Translations under genes and position numbers: made by a program | Notes under the pieces: generated by a model | The model's database searches: none | What the model saw: the letters and a program-made list of their open reading frames with translations, nothing else | Told to the model about the DNA's origin: nothing | Part shown: piece by piece, positions 34,142 to 48,130 of the stretch | How positions within the stretch are numbered: the first letter of the stretch is position 1 | Layout: each line of letters opens with the position of its first letter | Assembly: GCA_964036045.1 (NCBI GenBank) | Contig: OZ038378.1 | Coordinates: 168,950,001 to 169,014,000, forward strand | Direction: 5' to 3' | DNA length: 64,000 nucleotides | From: Eutreptiella sp. 'Long Island Sound 2002' | Lineage: Eukaryota; Protista; Euglenida

Positions 34142-34496
34142 TCTTTCTGTGCGTGTGTGTCCGCGCGCATGCGCGCGCATCGTGCTGGCTGCGGTACAGA
34201 TGTGTGGGGAGGGGGGGTAGAGGCACTCCAACACTTCCATCGGCAGCTGCCGCCCCGTGGGAGTCCACTGCCGCTGCCGGGCCCTGAGCCTTCGATGACA
34301 GCCAAATCCATGACTACGAGGTGTGCGCACGCCCGCGCTCGCGTGTGTCGGTGGTTGTGTGCGGAGGCGGGGGGGGGGGGGGGGGCGGTTCTGCAAAAAT
34401 AAGAGAGACACCCAGTCACACCGCCGCGGGCGGCTGTTGGGGTATCTCACATCCGAGACCTATTCCCTGACTCCAAGGCGAGGCCTAGCGCAGCCT

Positions 34497-34691
34497 TTAG
34501 CCATGCACTGTCAGGGGAGCAGCGACAAAGTCATCAACGGCGGGAATAGGGTCTTGGATTGGTTCGACGGCTTCGACCCTCCAGATCCGTTGGGTGATGG
34601 CGTCCACCAAACAGGAGACCTCGCGCTGGTACTTGGACAGCACCGACTCAAACTGGCCCTCGGGGTCCTCGGGCACCAGAGTTCCATCCTC
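34497..34691 (-). CDS. Candidate terminal exon (EDGTLVPEDPEGQFESVLSKYQREVSCLVDAITQRIWRV...TAA), possibly the end of the GNAT gene
   Basis: cctcag acceptor, protein-like 64 codons ending in TAA. It could join through a GTACTG donor in the 35.65 kb exon. Confidence 0.5.
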   Translation of the reverse strand, partial: EDGTLVPEDPEGQFESVLSKYQREVSCLVDAITQRIWRVEAVEPIQDPIPAVDDFVAAPLTVHG

Positions 34692-35440
34692 CTGAGGCCC
34701 TGAGGCACAGGCGAAGGCGGCATGAGCCCAGAGCAGATGGGCAGTGCGCGAGGGCGTGGGCAGGACATCACTCGACAAATCACGGGAAATGAACAACACC
34801 TCAGACCAGATTCTTGATGGGTCTACAGGCTACCCCTCCTCACAACCCCCAACACCACCACACGGTTGCCCACTCCACACGGTGCATGACGAGCTGTGTA
34901 GCACCCCATCGGGATTTCCCCAGTTCTATTGACCCGTCGCTCGTGCTGTGCAGCGCCCCATTGAGCTCAGATGCTCGAAGGTCACCAAACGATCACTGAG
35001 CCTGCCTCACACGGTCGGTGCGATTCGCGATGTGTATTTGCATTGCAATTCTTGTTCTGATGAGGGCTTGTGGGTCGACTCTCTGGTGAGTCCGGTGGTT
35101 GGTACGGGCCGTCGTGCGCCACCTGATGTCCGGTGGCTTCGGATGAGGATGGGTACCCCTTGTCAGTGGCTGAAACCTGTTCCTGCCGGTGTAACGCCTG
35201 TCAACGCTTGCAGCGGCTTAGTGGCGCATTCGAGGCTTAGAGACTTCTGCTTCCAGCGTCCTTGAGGGTGCAGCACCGCTCCCCAAATTCTGGCGGGCCC
35301 CGTAACCCCCTCACAGATATCTTCTGGGCCTTCCGCCAGTGCCTGCATCCCACCCTAAGCATTGGGGTGCCTGAGGTGATTTGGTGTGGCGAGACCCGGA
35401 GGGTACTGGTTTGGCGTGGATGGGCTGGAAACGGGGACAT

Positions 35441-35442
<2 letters not shown>

Positions 35443-35517
<75 letters not shown>
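35443..35517. repeat. (CA)n microsatellite
   Basis: Directly visible. Confidence 0.97.
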
Positions 35518-35519
<2 letters not shown>

Positions 35520-35622
35520 TTGAAGCGAGACGAACAGGCGTAACAAACAAAACACTGCACTGGTCGCTCACGAATCTCGTCAGGCCGTAAGAAAGTAGAA
35601 GAAGCAGTGGAAAAGCATGCGG

Positions 35623-38600
35623 CTAGGCGCCTTTCTGCAGTACAACAGAGTCATCACCAGGAGGCACCGGCTGGTGGGGGTGGGGCGGTCCACGTATCGT
35701 GTCCACCCCTGCAGGCAAGAAACAGCATGAAACAGGCCCTGTGCACTGTCCCCTCTGTACCCACACACACACACACACACACACAAGAACAGAACACAAA
35801 AACACAAGCACACCAGGTAGCAGGCGCTGCATGAACATCGACTCCAGAAACTCCACATTGTTGGAGTTAACCATGTCACGTTCTCTCCGTGTGGGCCGGT
35901 AGCACTTGTAGCCCATTCTGCCCCAGAAATTAGCCGCCTGTGACAACGATATCGAAAAACGGGGAAAAAGGCAGTGTGAAGGTGGCGAGGGCCGACCTTC
36001 GGGATCTTTGTTCATCATGACAAATGCGTGGCACAATTTACAAGAATTCGGTGTCCTGCACAAACTTCTACCCTTTGTCAATTGCACACACATATGTGGG
36101 GCGCAGTTTCGAGCGCCTTGAAATCAGTACATTGCCTGAGCTATGCAGCAGCAAGGACAGGTCCACAAAAAAGGTCGCGTTTTCTGCTAAAAGTGGTGCG
36201 CTAAATTTGGCACTGTTATGAGACGTTGGTCTGAGAGACCATTTGCGCCACTTCCTCAGGAAATCTGTGGGAAATCCCCACATTTCGGGCGAATAACTCC
36301 CCGGCGCAATGAGACGGGGAGAGGAGTGTATCCTGGGAAATCCCGGGCGATACCCCCTGTCAGTATCTCAGTCTGGGGGACTGGAATTGCGCCAGGGTAA
36401 GGTTCCCGCCAAGCAATCCCCAGCCCCGTCGTCGGAATCTGCACAAAAGACAGCACGGAAGAAAGCAGGGGGCACCGCTGCAATAACGCAGACCTGAGGG
36501 CTGGCACGCAGTATCACTTTGTTGCAATCGGTACTCCGAGCGATTTCATAGATGGCCTCGCTGAACAGCGTCCCAAAGCCTCGTCCACGGTGCGACTCGT
36601 TGATGCTGATGAGGACTATCTCGAGCACCTTTGCTGTCGCCTGATTTTCATAGTCCCGGGGAACAGCACGAAGGAAGAGACTGGGGTGATTGGCACAATC
36701 AGACGCATTTCCGGCCCGTACAACCCGATACAACCCTGTACAACCCGTACAGCCAGGCAAAATGATCCAAACTCATTTGGAGGGCACGTGCCTGGCCCAG
36801 TGCATGCATACATGCACGTATGCACGTATGTATATATGTATGTATGTATGCATGTATGTATGTATGTATGTATGTATGTATGTATTATGTATGTATGTAT
36901 GTATGTATGTATGTATGTATGTATGTATGTATGTATGTATGTACATAAGTATGTATGCATGTATGAGTGTTCCCAACATCCCCAAGATCCCCAACAAAGC
37001 CAATTTCTACAGCACTCTGAAACCCCTCTACAGCCCTCCACAACAATGCAAAAGCAGAGGGAACAACCTTGTGCCACTTCAGCGTGGCCGCACCAACAGT
37101 GGTAGGCCCCCAGGAAGCCACCACCGTCCGAGTGTCGTGGTATGCCTTCGTGACAATGCCCCTCAGGACCCTGAAGCACAAGCACAGGGCGAGGACAGCG
37201 ACACAATACCGAGATATCACGCCGCCACAGAGAGACTGGGGGTGCCAAAACAGCAAAGAGGCCAGCAGGACATGAAAGGGGACGTATGAAGACGCGCTTT
37301 TTGAGAGACAACGGGGAAGTCTCAAACACCTGAAAGACGTCCTGCCAAGAAGAAAAAGCAACTTGGCATTCGCAACTTCTTTGCAGCGAATGCATAACAA
37401 GACAAAGACAAACCTCGCAGTGCGTCAATTTCCCTGTTCCACAATCCGTTGTCGTGTTTTGTTTGCGGGTGTTTCACCAAAAAGGGGGGGGGGGGGTGAT
37501 TAACTACTGAGTTTCCCTGGGATCCGGGGGGGGTACATTAGGTGAGGGGGGGGGTAATTTAAGTGGGGGGGGGGGGGGTTAAGCATCACAGGGCCGAGGG
37601 GCAGGGAGATCGAAGACCAGAATGGGTGCAAAGAGGGAGGTACCGCGGCTGCAAGTGGAAGCCGTTGTCCAAGATCTCATGCACAACGTCATGATCCGAT
37701 GCGGCGATGTTGGATATTTTGAACGCAAAGGGGGGCTCCGAGGGACAGGGCTCCTGCAGCTCGGTAGAACTGGAGCAGACATCGTCCTGAGATGTGTGGT
37801 GTGACGAACGTGTGCACAGGTTTGCACAGGGACAGACGCAACGCCAACGGAGTAGCAGCAAACATAACAACAAGAAGCGCCACCGTTATGACACGCACTG
37901 GGTCGTCGTTCGCAGACTGCGGACCCAACAAGAGCAGCAACACAACACCCGAGGTAACACGGAGTGCGAGACGTTGGGGGCACATGTGAGGGATCCGCCC
38001 CGTTTGACTTCCAGTTGAACTGCAACAGGCGCGTCCTGTGTGCCAGCGGAGGGTAGTCTGCGCCATCCGGGGCACGGCCGAGTACGGCCCCTGGGATGAC
38101 GCCTGAGGGGGCCTTTTGCGGCTCAATGCGCTTTTCGCGCTGTGCACTCATCCTTCTCCAGGGCCCAAAACCCAAGTAAATCCCACGTCAACAAACAAAC
38201 TTGCCACCGCAGACACTAGTCCCAAGCCAAAGACCAGTCCTATGGAGCCTCTTGACCAGACCACTAGTGTCCGGCAGGGGGAATGAGTTTCGTTGGGTCC
38301 TGCGCCCCTCAGTAATATCCGCTACTGTCGCGCCCGGAGCTCAGTACGAATCAGCTGCATCCCGTGTCTCACTCACTAGGACTCAGCCCCTTCCAGTCAC
38401 GCCTGACCTGGCGGATGCTGGCGGTAAACCTGCAACCCATACCCTGTTCTGGGGTAGAACATCCACGGATGCGGGCATAATAATTCGGACTGGGGAAGGG
38501 GGACATAAATCAGCCTAGTCCCTGGTCGTTTCTGGTGGCGTTCCTTCTTTTTGCCGTCATTTCCATCGCCCCAAAGGGGCTTGGTCCATGGTGCCAATGC

Positions 38601-39244
38601 AGGTGGTGCTCCACAGCTTCTCACTATTGAAACTGCAGCCGTCGTTGCAAAAAACGGAGATGGTCGAAGGTACCACACACACAATGAGCACAACAGAGAG
38701 CCCGTTGCAAGGTCAGGGTGTTGTTCCTCAAACTGCGCCTGCTGAGGTGCGTCAACGTCCGTTTGAATGAGAAATCAGAGGTGACCCGTTACTGCCACAA
38801 ACAGCACACTTTTCCAAACGAATTGTCTGTTCACAGAAGGTGAACGGTCAACACGGTTGCAGAGAGATATCTCTCAGTACAGCACAGGAACTGTCGTTAA
38901 ATTGTGCTTGTTACTGATGCGGACAGAAATCTACTGATCCGGCGAAGGATTCGGGCTGATTCGGGGAACCCAAGTCCCCGAAACGGGCTGTGTGGTGGGG
39001 TGGGGGTGGGGAGAACAACACCTGCAACCCATTCCAAGGGGCCTCCAGGGGGTCATCGTCACCCTGATGCAAATACGTCCCGTCTTCGCAGTACATGTTG
39101 TCACCCTCCTCAGGAATTCCCCCACAGTACAGATCACGGTCCTTGGCCGCCTCGTAGCCCTGGTCGTCCAGGGCACACTGCTCCAGCTCCAAAGGGCCGT
39201 CGCAGAGGAGCGCATGGTCTCGCAACTCCGGATCGTTGTGGTGC
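35623..39244 (-). CDS. GNAT (GCN5/IDM1-like) acetyltransferase core, exons 39244-39022, 37786-37644, 37170-37068, 36640-36494, 35937-35814, 35708-35623
   Basis: Phase-compatible GT-AG exons splice to ...TVVASWGPTTVGAATLKWHK-ATAKVLEIVLISINESHRGRGFGTLFSEAIYEIARSTDCNKVILRASPQ-AANFWGRMGY...NNVEFLESMFMQRLL. This contains the acetyl-CoA motif A (HRGRGFG) and motif B (A..FW..MGY). Confidence 0.85.
36805..36965. repeat. (TATG)n microsatellite in a GNAT intron
   Basis: Directly visible. Confidence 0.95.
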
Positions 39245-41249
39245 CTGCAGTTCAAGAGGCAGGGACGAGGACTTGAGTGTGGAGGGCAGTTGCGTCTGCA
39301 CTTGAGGACCACAGGGTCCCAAGGGCGGCTGCCAGCTCATGGGACACACGACCACGACAGGCACAAACTTCCTGTGGTGCTCATGGGGCACTCAAGCACG
39401 ATGGGCACACACTGCGTGCACCACCCCCCACCAGTCCGCGACAGAGCACCACACGGCAGGCATCACGGCAGCCAGGGGCCGCTTCAACACCTGCAGCCAC
39501 ACCACACCGCAGGCACAGGGCGTAGGCAACATTCTTTTGGGGGGGAGGGGGGCGAGCTCCCTTTCCGGACCCCCCCTTTTGAACAGGGCTCCGATGATTG
39601 TGGCCAATGCGCAGCTGCCAACGGGGGGTCTGGAAGGGGATGTGGGGGGGCGGGGGTTACCATAAAAGCAAAGTAAATATGCCGATTGATACTTGCGGAT
39701 GGGCGCATTCATTCGGGTGTTGAAGCGGAAATTGTATACACTGTTTGTCCCCGACCATTCAGAATGAGGCATTTGTCCCTCTGCTCACAAGTGGTGCTCT
39801 GGCCCCTTGGCCTCCCATGCCGGCATGCTCCGCACAAAGTGTCTCTCAAGACCCTGAAATGCGGATGGATGGAGCTCACCGCCACGGATGGGGGAAATGT
39901 AACACAGGGCCAGGGGGTTCCGGATCACCAAAGGGTGCGCAGCATTTCCAGGAATTTTGTGGAGGGGGGGGGGGGGGGTGCCCAACATAAGTTGATCAAA
40001 TAATCCCCAGGAAAGGCTGATCATTGTGTGAGATGCATCATCAGGGTAAAACCCCTCGCAGAGGTTGGTACCTCAAAACCACACAGGCTCACACATACGG
40101 GAAAACGCCACACGCCCCCTTTTTGGGGGGGAAGGGGGAGCATGGGTGTACCATACCCTAAGGGTTGAAATCGTGGTTACCCATTGTCAAATCCTTGTTC
40201 TTGTACGATCAAAATATCCCACAATGAGTTTTTAGTCTGAATGCAGTTTCTGCAGTTTTCCGCCAGTTGTTTTCCAACACCGTTTTCGAAGGCCCCGAGA
40301 GGAATGGGGTTGGGGATCATGTGACAGCATACCCATGCTACGATGCAACCAGACATCTTTTGCAGCCTCTAGCCGTGCCTAGGGTCGGTCATGGCCCGTC
40401 TGAAAAACATGAAATCGCTGTGTACATGAAAATGGTTGGCATGGGTTGGCTATAAATAGACCCCTGACGACCTCCGGAGACCCTTGAACTAGACTTGGAT
40501 CATCATTTGGTGAGAATGAAAATACATACCAGCGCATGGGGGCCATATTGCACCAATTAGGACCCCCCGAGTGGTGCCCATTGGCTCCTGAAGCGGCCAT
40601 ATTGAAACATTTAGCACCGTGCTGGGCAAAACTTGGTAGGCCTGTTGCGGCCACTATGCATCAATCTACACCCTTCCACTTTTTCTTCTGTATGGACCCC
40701 TAACCAATGGCGGGGTCCCGGGTTCTATCTCTTGGAAACCCCGATCCGCCCCCAGATGGGGCCCTGCCGGTGAGGACTTAGCCATCTTCACACCAGCATG
40801 GGTTGGCTGAAAAATCACGAGTTTTGGGTGACCTCCAACAGTCTCCAGCCCAGCTTAGGTCATCATTTGGTGACAATGGGTGCACATACAAACCCTCGGG
40901 GTACGTAGCACCAATTAGGTGCACCTGTTGGTGTCCATGGGCCCGTGAAAGGGCTTTTTGAGGCTATGTCGGCCCACTTGTGTAGAAATCTGGACAAAAC
41001 ACTGGGGCCACTTGGTGGTTTGTTATTCTCTGCGACGTGCCTTGCGTCGCGCGTGCACCACTGCCTCCCGCACAGCCACCCGGAGCACAAGTTTCTGGTC
41101 CTTGGTCCCTTGCACTGCTTGCAGCAGGAAAATCTGTGGGGGTTTCAGGGCAATGGGAGCTGGACCATGCTCCCAAAGCATGAGCTTGTATTATTCCTAA
41201 GGCAATAGACTCTTTTCAGAATTCTTGCGCCCGGGTGGCTTTCAGCCCG

Positions 41250-41800
41250 AGTTCAAACCACTGCTGGTCCTGAAACAGGCTGGATTTCTGGGGTAAAACA
41301 TGCCTTCGCTTACGAGGGTCCCTTGTGGAAATCCCCCCACAAATGACTGGCTCACCGGCCCGGGGTGCTTGCACACCTCCTTCAGCTACGCCACGTTGCA
41401 GGCACGGGCTGCCTGCAGCGCCTCCTGGAGCGGCACATCCAAAACGAAACTGTGCGGGGGTTCAATGTTGGGCAAATGGCCCACGGACACAATTTTATTT
41501 GTGCAGGATTGCAATCGTTGTGCAGGTGATAACCAAGAGCCCCTTCCTTTTTGCACGAAATGGGCTAATGATTTGGAAATGGGGTATCTGCCCAGTGCAG
41601 TCTGCGGCCTCTGCCCCACCCTGAGCCATGCTCCCCGATGCGACCAGGACCACCTTTTACCGTACCTCTCAGCCATGTACTCATGATGCCATGTGTCACG
41701 CAACACACACCCGTAGAGGTCATGAAAGCCATGCTCAAAGTCGCCACACAAAGCGTATTCTTTGTCCTCCTCCATTTCACTGTGCATGTCATCGCTGCTG
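41250..41800 (-). mobile_element. Degenerate RT fragment
   Basis: ALCGDFEHGFHDL resembles xxDFxKAFD; LGRYPISKSL resembles QGCPLSPxL. Confidence 0.35.
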
Positions 41801-43150
41801 TAAATCTGAGGCTGGTCATCGCTGCATCAAAACAAAGAAAATGAACAAGGTGGACAACATCTGTTTACTTGACAACATCTGTCTACACTGTACACATGAT
41901 CTGGCTGTTGAGAGGCGCAAGGAGAGGGGACAAGGTTTTCAAAAAACCGCACCATTTGCATAATGTTTGACGGAGGAAAACACGTTCGTACTCGGAGCCA
42001 AAGGGAAAAAACAGTGCCCAAAACGCTGGCAAAGGGCCTGTCACATTCAGAAGCCGGCATTCCACAACGGGTGCACACCTGCGGCAGATGTTTTGGCTAC
42101 CCATTCTCCCCAAAAGGCGGCAAACCAATCCCCCCCCCCTGGCCTTGTCCCCCCCCCCCCGTGGGTTGTTTTGTGCGCACTGCTCAAGTAAGCGTGCCCG
42201 TTGGTACCTCCCAGTGTACGCATCGGTTGGGATTTGTCGAAAGAAAAGAAGCGTGTTTGTGGTAAGTGAGAGTGGGGCAGCCGTCCCTCTGCTCACAGAT
42301 GCTGCTTCCGCCCCTTGGCGTCCCTCCCACGCCGGCGTCGATCTGGTCTATGCGAAACCTTTCCCAAGACGGTAACGTTTCGAGGGTGCTCTCTGCCACC
42401 GACGTCGCAATACACCAGCGCCAGGGCGTTGCAGATCACGAAATGGTACCATCGGTGGTGCGTTGCGTTGCCAGTCCCTTTTTGGGGACACGCCGGGCTG
42501 GCGGGGCACTGCGGTCCGGCACTGGCCATGGAAACTGGGGCATGCGGTTGTAAGGCAGTGCCCTCTTGGCCACGCATTCGCATTGTGTCCGCATGATACT
42601 TGTGCCTCGCTGACCAATCGTCGTAGACAACGACGGCAGCATTCCTTGGCAACAATCTCCCTCGGGGGAGGACTACAACCAAATTACGGAGGGCTCAGTA
42701 GAGGCACCCACTGACCCAAGTCCGGTGGGTCCAGGCAAAGCGTTGGAGAAAACTGGATGTACGCTGTGTGCGATCGCAATGCAGCCCCCAGACAAAGTTC
42801 AGCGACCCTCTCCAGATTTTCTGTCATGCCTTCCTCATGCACCAACCCATTCTCAAACCCAATGACCCGCCATAAGCTCCGGCGTATGTGGGGCAGTGGG
42901 AATTCCCGGGGGGCGCTGCATGGCCTCTTAGAGGCACACGTCTCGCCACACCGACTGAGCGGTGAAGGGGCTTCTCATGACCGCACATAAGAAGCCGTGC
43001 CAGACCTGCTTCTCAGACAGTGACCTGCCAAACAAGACCCATTTCCGTCACTGACGCGCTGTTTCATCGCTGCGAAACTCATGTGCCACTGCGGTCCGTC
43101 GAGGGGAGAGTCGGGCAGCCCCACCGCAGGACGCCGACTGCAACACAGAC

Positions 43151-43261
43151 CTGTGGCTGTCGCCGCTGACGTCCGTCTGGGCGTTGCTGTCATCGAACGC
43201 CTCCAACGGCAGCTGATCACTGCGGCTGTCATCGATGCTGTGCTGGTCAGGGATGGTGGAC
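43151..43261 (-). CDS. Candidate acidic N-terminal exon of the GNAT gene (STIPDQHSIDDSRSDQLPLEAFDDSNAQTDVSGDSHR)
   Basis: ctcacag acceptor and GTCTGT donor; phase-2 end matches exon 39244. Confidence 0.6.
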
Positions 43262-43399
43262 CTGTGAGCACCGGGGGAGGGGTGTGTGTGTGTGGAGGCA
43301 CAGGGCCGGGGGGCACACGAAGGCACGGGCGGGCCAACACCAGCACTCTGCTGAATGGAGGCACTTGGTCCCAGGGGGTAGCCCACCCTCCTCCAGCAG

Positions 43400-43720
43400 C
43401 GATGAGCAGTTTTGCCCCCCTTCCGTGCGTCTTGGTTTCCCCTTCGACCGCTCGGCAACCGCCAACGGGTGCTCCTCCAACCGCCTTCTGAACTGCCAGA
43501 AACGTTTTTCAGACCCCCGAAGGAATGCTGGGCTACGGTGCGTGAGCACAAGACGCGATCAGTACAAAGCGCAGAAAGAAATGTGGCTCGTCACAAGACC
43601 ATAGGTACCTTTCTGTCAACAAGGACGCAAAGATGCCAGTGGATGGACCACTGAAAAAGCAAAGTTCAGTGAAGACGCGGCGGTACGTGTGTAACCAACG
43701 CCATGCAGGCCTCCCCGGAT
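43400..43720 (-). mobile_element. Second copy of the 6.3 kb retroelement-like fragment
   Basis: Direct sequence similarity to 6250-6430. Confidence 0.45.
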
Positions 43721-46451
43721 CAATCTGTCAACCTGTCACTGAGTTCACATACAATTGGAAATGCCGTAGACCCCCCCCCCCCTTGGGACCCGCTTTAGAC
43801 ATCAGGCTGCTTGAACCTCCCACAGTTGGTGCGCCTTGGCGCCTTACCACTGACCGGCGGGGCTGTTGGTGCGCAATGCCCGGGATCTGGGGTGCCGACA
43901 GTGTTATTGTGTGCAGTGCACTGTCCACTGCTCCACCCGCTTCAGACGCTGCCGCGCCGCAAAAGTGGAGCACGGCACGTCGTTTGTTGCTGTCGCATCC
44001 AACACTACGCCCAAATGCCGTTTATGACTCCACAAACCCGAGAAGAACCCCCCGCCCCCACGCAGCAGCCCAAGGCTCGGGTCACGAGAACGGGCATGGG
44101 TTGGCAAGCACATTTAGTGGGCAGACCTGTCGCTAATGTCACTTTCAGTCGACAATGCATGTGCCTGAGGACACAAGGAGAAAGGCCTTCCTCAGGGCAC
44201 AGCCACAACGAGCCATCCCCACAAAATACTCATGAAACCTGCACATATTCCCAAGCGTCTCCGAATTCTTGTGTACAACAAGAAAAAACTTAAAGCTGGT
44301 CTGGCCATTTTTCAGCCAAGAAGTGCAGATTGCCAAAAAGGGTGACATCCGCACAAAGAGGGCGTAAATCACGCTTTCCTTATGATATTTGGTTCATTGT
44401 GAGTCATCCCGTTTAAACAAAAAAATCGGTTTTGGAAGTTTCGATTTTTTGAGCTTGTGAACACTGAAAAGTGCTTCAGCGGTTATGTACCTATTTGCAG
44501 TCCAAACACTACTTTTGGGTTTCGGACAGACCACGCCTCTGCGCCACACAACGGCCACTGGCGCAGGCGTGTGCTCTGCGGCGATGGTACAAGAGGGGGG
44601 TTGGATTCAGCTTTGTGCCCTCCGTGCTCCGTGTCCTTGGTCAAGCGCCAATACTGCTTGACCCAAGGTCAATCCATGTTGCAAACCAGCGCACCTGTCG
44701 CATGCACATGTACACCCAGAGCCCACAGCAAAAATATGTGTGTGGCACACAAACGTGCACTGGTAGTGCGCTGTGGCACACAAACATGCGAAACGAACGA
44801 CGCCGATGTATTTTGATGGCAACCCGTGTGACCGGACCTCTTCCATGAAGATGAAGAAGGCGCACAGGAAGAGCGTCAGTCATTAATCACACCGCCAGCG
44901 ATGTTGTTTGATCAACGCGGCCGTGAGAAAGCACCCGGGGCATTGGGGCTTGTCGTGGTTCACATACGCAAGGGGTGGGGGGGGGGGGGGGGGAGCATGG
45001 GTTGTTTTTCCTGGTTGGCACCTTTTGGGACAGGGCCGGAAACAGGGCGGGTAGGCCTGAGTGCCCAGATATGGCTACAAGGGGCAGGGGGGAGGAAGGG
45101 AGGGGGATGAGGGGGGGCTGAGGGGGGGATCGCCTGCTATCAGGCGTCACGACTTCTCCAATCCCGTCCCTGAAGCGGGGGGTACCATGAGGTCCCCGAA
45201 GCCGCGAAAAATGCTTTCGGCACTTGTCTTGACAAAAACGGGCGAAGACTGCGCTGCTACATAAGCGCTCATCCCACATGGCCTCAGTAAGCCCCATGGA
45301 CTTGGGACCCGAAGAGCTGCTTTGACGGAAAATCGCCACAATTCTCAGAGATTCGCGACTCTCCACCCAAAAGTGGGTGTCATGCTGTTGACCCTTTCGC
45401 CCCCCCCCCCCCCAAGGCAAACAACCTAATGAGGCCTTGTGCCAAAGCCCCCCCAAAGAACTGGTTTTTCAGTGGGCGGGCGGGGGGGGGGGGTCCAGCA
45501 CAAACGCTCATAGAGAGATACTTTTATTGGACAAGTTCAGGATTGTACAAGGGGTTGAAGCCCTGGGGCTATGGTTCGCAAATGGGCCCAAAAAAGGGAT
45601 GCGGCGTTTCCCACACATGCACATACGCGGGCATGGCACGGGGGAAAAGGACATGCTTTGCAGCCTCGGGCGGCGCACAAAACACACCTGCAGCAGCCGG
45701 CGCTTTCGGGTGCAACGCGGTATCGCCAGGGGCCGGATCTGCATCAACACGACGGAGTGTGGAGCGGGGGGGCGGGTCTTGGGGGGGAGGGGGCTGGGGT
45801 TCGGGGGGTGTTTGGCGCAAAGGGGGGCAGGGGTTTGGTATTGCTGAACCAAGGAGTTGCCTGCAGCCAGTGTGCTATCACCACCAATTGTTTGCAATTG
45901 GGACGACATTTCCCGCCTTGCACACTGCCAACGTGAGAGCGCCGGTCGCCCACAAACTCGGTGCCGGAAAGATCTGGGGCATCTTGAAGCACTGGTACAA
46001 TGGGACCCAAAGCCCCAAGAAACCGTTGTTTTAGTGCGACTAACCCAAAGAACCTAAGCGTGGGGCGGAGCAAACACGGTGTAGTCTAGGCTTGCTTTTT
46101 TCTTGTGGTCTAGGCCGTGTGCTAGCAAGTGTTGGGTCATAGGTCCTGCCCGCCCCCCCTTTACACTTGAGGATTGACGTACTATCGGAATGTGTCTCCA
46201 CAACCTACGGCTTCTCGGATACCCAGGGGACCTGCGATTGCTGGTTGAATTTGGCGTGAGAATGCGCTTGTGTCGTATTACTGAGCTGTGATCTGCGGTG
46301 CTACAGACTGCGTCCCGGCCGTCAGGCAGCCGGGGGAAGAGATGGCAGGCAGGAGGGCAGGGATGTATGCATCCCGGCAGGTCAGCCGGCATGCAGGTGG
46401 GCATGCAGGGGGTTCAGCAGGCAGGTTTGCAGGCAGGTATGGAGCGGGGAA

Positions 46452-46640
46452 GGATTAGAGGGGGGAGGGGGGGGCAAAACTCGGTGTACCAAAAATGGCC
46501 CAACAAGATTTTCCCTGTTGTAAATTTCGTTTTTTCCCACGATGATCACTTTGGTCTGGAGGGGGGGTCCAGGAGGGGGGGGGGGGCAGCCCCCCCCCCC
46601 CGCCCCTCCTCCGCGTGTCCTGTACGGCCCTTCTAATACT
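46452..46640. mobile_element. Short MITE-like repeat (attagaggg ... cccttctaat)
   Basis: Short imperfect inverted termini around a G/C-tract body. Confidence 0.35.
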
Positions 46641-47002
46641 TCCCTGGTCTGGAGGCATGTGTGCCGGGATGCAGTCGGGCGACTGACATCATGCGCACAT
46701 GCCCCACCAGGCGGTCACGTGGAAAAATGGGGACCAGCCTGCGTTTTCCCGAACTTATGATCACATCCGCTGAATCCCAGGGTCCACTGCAGGGTCCCAG
46801 GGTCCACTGCAGGGCAATAGATGTGCTCACCGCTGGTGCATCGTTGTGAGCCACCCTTCACAGTGCCCTTCCCTCGATCTTCCGGGGTATCATTCCGGCC
46901 ACAGCAACAGGAGCCCGAGGTTTTAGGGTCCAGTAGTGTAGGGCACTGTAGCAGGGGCGTGCTCTAAGGCGGCGCCCGACATTTGGGCACCGATCTCCTG
47001 AC

Positions 47003-48130
47003 CTGCCTGCCTGCCTGCCTGCCTGCCTGCATACTCGTTTGCCCATCTGCCTGCCTGCAGACCAGCACACGATCGCCTCACGTGCCTGCTTGCCCATCTG
47101 CCGCCCACCTGCCTGCATACCTGCCTGCCGTCCGCTTGCCTACTTACTTGCACACACTTGCATACCCGCCGGTTGCCATCTGTTTGCCTGCTGGCTTGCC
47201 TATTTGCTGCCTGCATGCCTGCATAATTGCCTCCCAGCTTGTCTACGAAGGTGCCAACCTGCCGCATGCTGGTGTGTCTACCAATCCATTTTTGAGATGA
47301 CCCATCTCCTTTGACACGTGAGTCCCGGTGCGGTAAAGGCTCCAACAACATCCTTCGGGGATGGTCATACCACTCACAACAGGCCAGTACCCCAGCAATC
47401 CTATCTGGAGTCTACGGGAGAAGGCTCCACCTTTGTAGCTTTGCTCAAACTCCGGAGCTTTGCTCTGTTGCAACTTCCTCTCAGCCCCTGGGCACCTACG
47501 TTGCTGCGGTTGCTATTGGGCCTGTCCATGGCACCGACACAATGGTGTGGTACCTGTGGTACGACCCCATTAGCACGCCTGCCCACATGAGGGCGGCCCA
47601 CAACCAACTGTCGAGCATGATGACCCTGGAATCCGCTTCATGTGTGCATTTGGACATGGCTCCTCGCAAAGGATGCGTAACTGCTGCCTGCTTGTTTTTT
47701 TTTGTTTGCCTCCGCCCAGGCCCACATGCCTGCATACCTGCCTTCCCACCTCCAGCCTGCCTACATAGCAGCCTGCGTGCCTAGCTGACTGAATACTTGC
47801 CATCGGTTTGCCTGCCATGCCCTTGCCTGCTTTGCCTGCATACCTACGTACCCGCCTGCCTACCCCCCCTCCCCACCTGTCCCTACATGCCCGCCCACCG
47901 GCCTGCCTGCCCTGCCCACCTGCCGTCTGTTTCTTGCCAACCTACTGGCCTATGAGCCTGCTGGTCTGCCTGCATACCGTCTGCCTGCCTGCCTGCCTGC
48001 TTGCTGGCCTGCCTTGTCTACATCCGAAATAGGTGCCTGCCTGCCTGCATTCGTGTCTGCCCTCCTGCGTGCCTGCCTGCCGTCTGTTTGCGTACCTGCC
48101 TACCTGCCTGGCAGTCTGTCTGTTTGTTTA
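47003..48130. repeat. Degenerate (GCCT)n low-complexity tracts at 47003-47270 and 47730-48130; reverse-type tracts at 46340-46440 and 58330-58500
   Basis: Directly visible. Confidence 0.8.

Noticed and set aside
44780-45330. Possible additional minus-strand exons (SMGLTEAMWDERL...; EEVRSHGLPSKYIGVVR)
   Set aside because: Reading frame and phases are ambiguous, so I could not link them confidently to neighbouring exons
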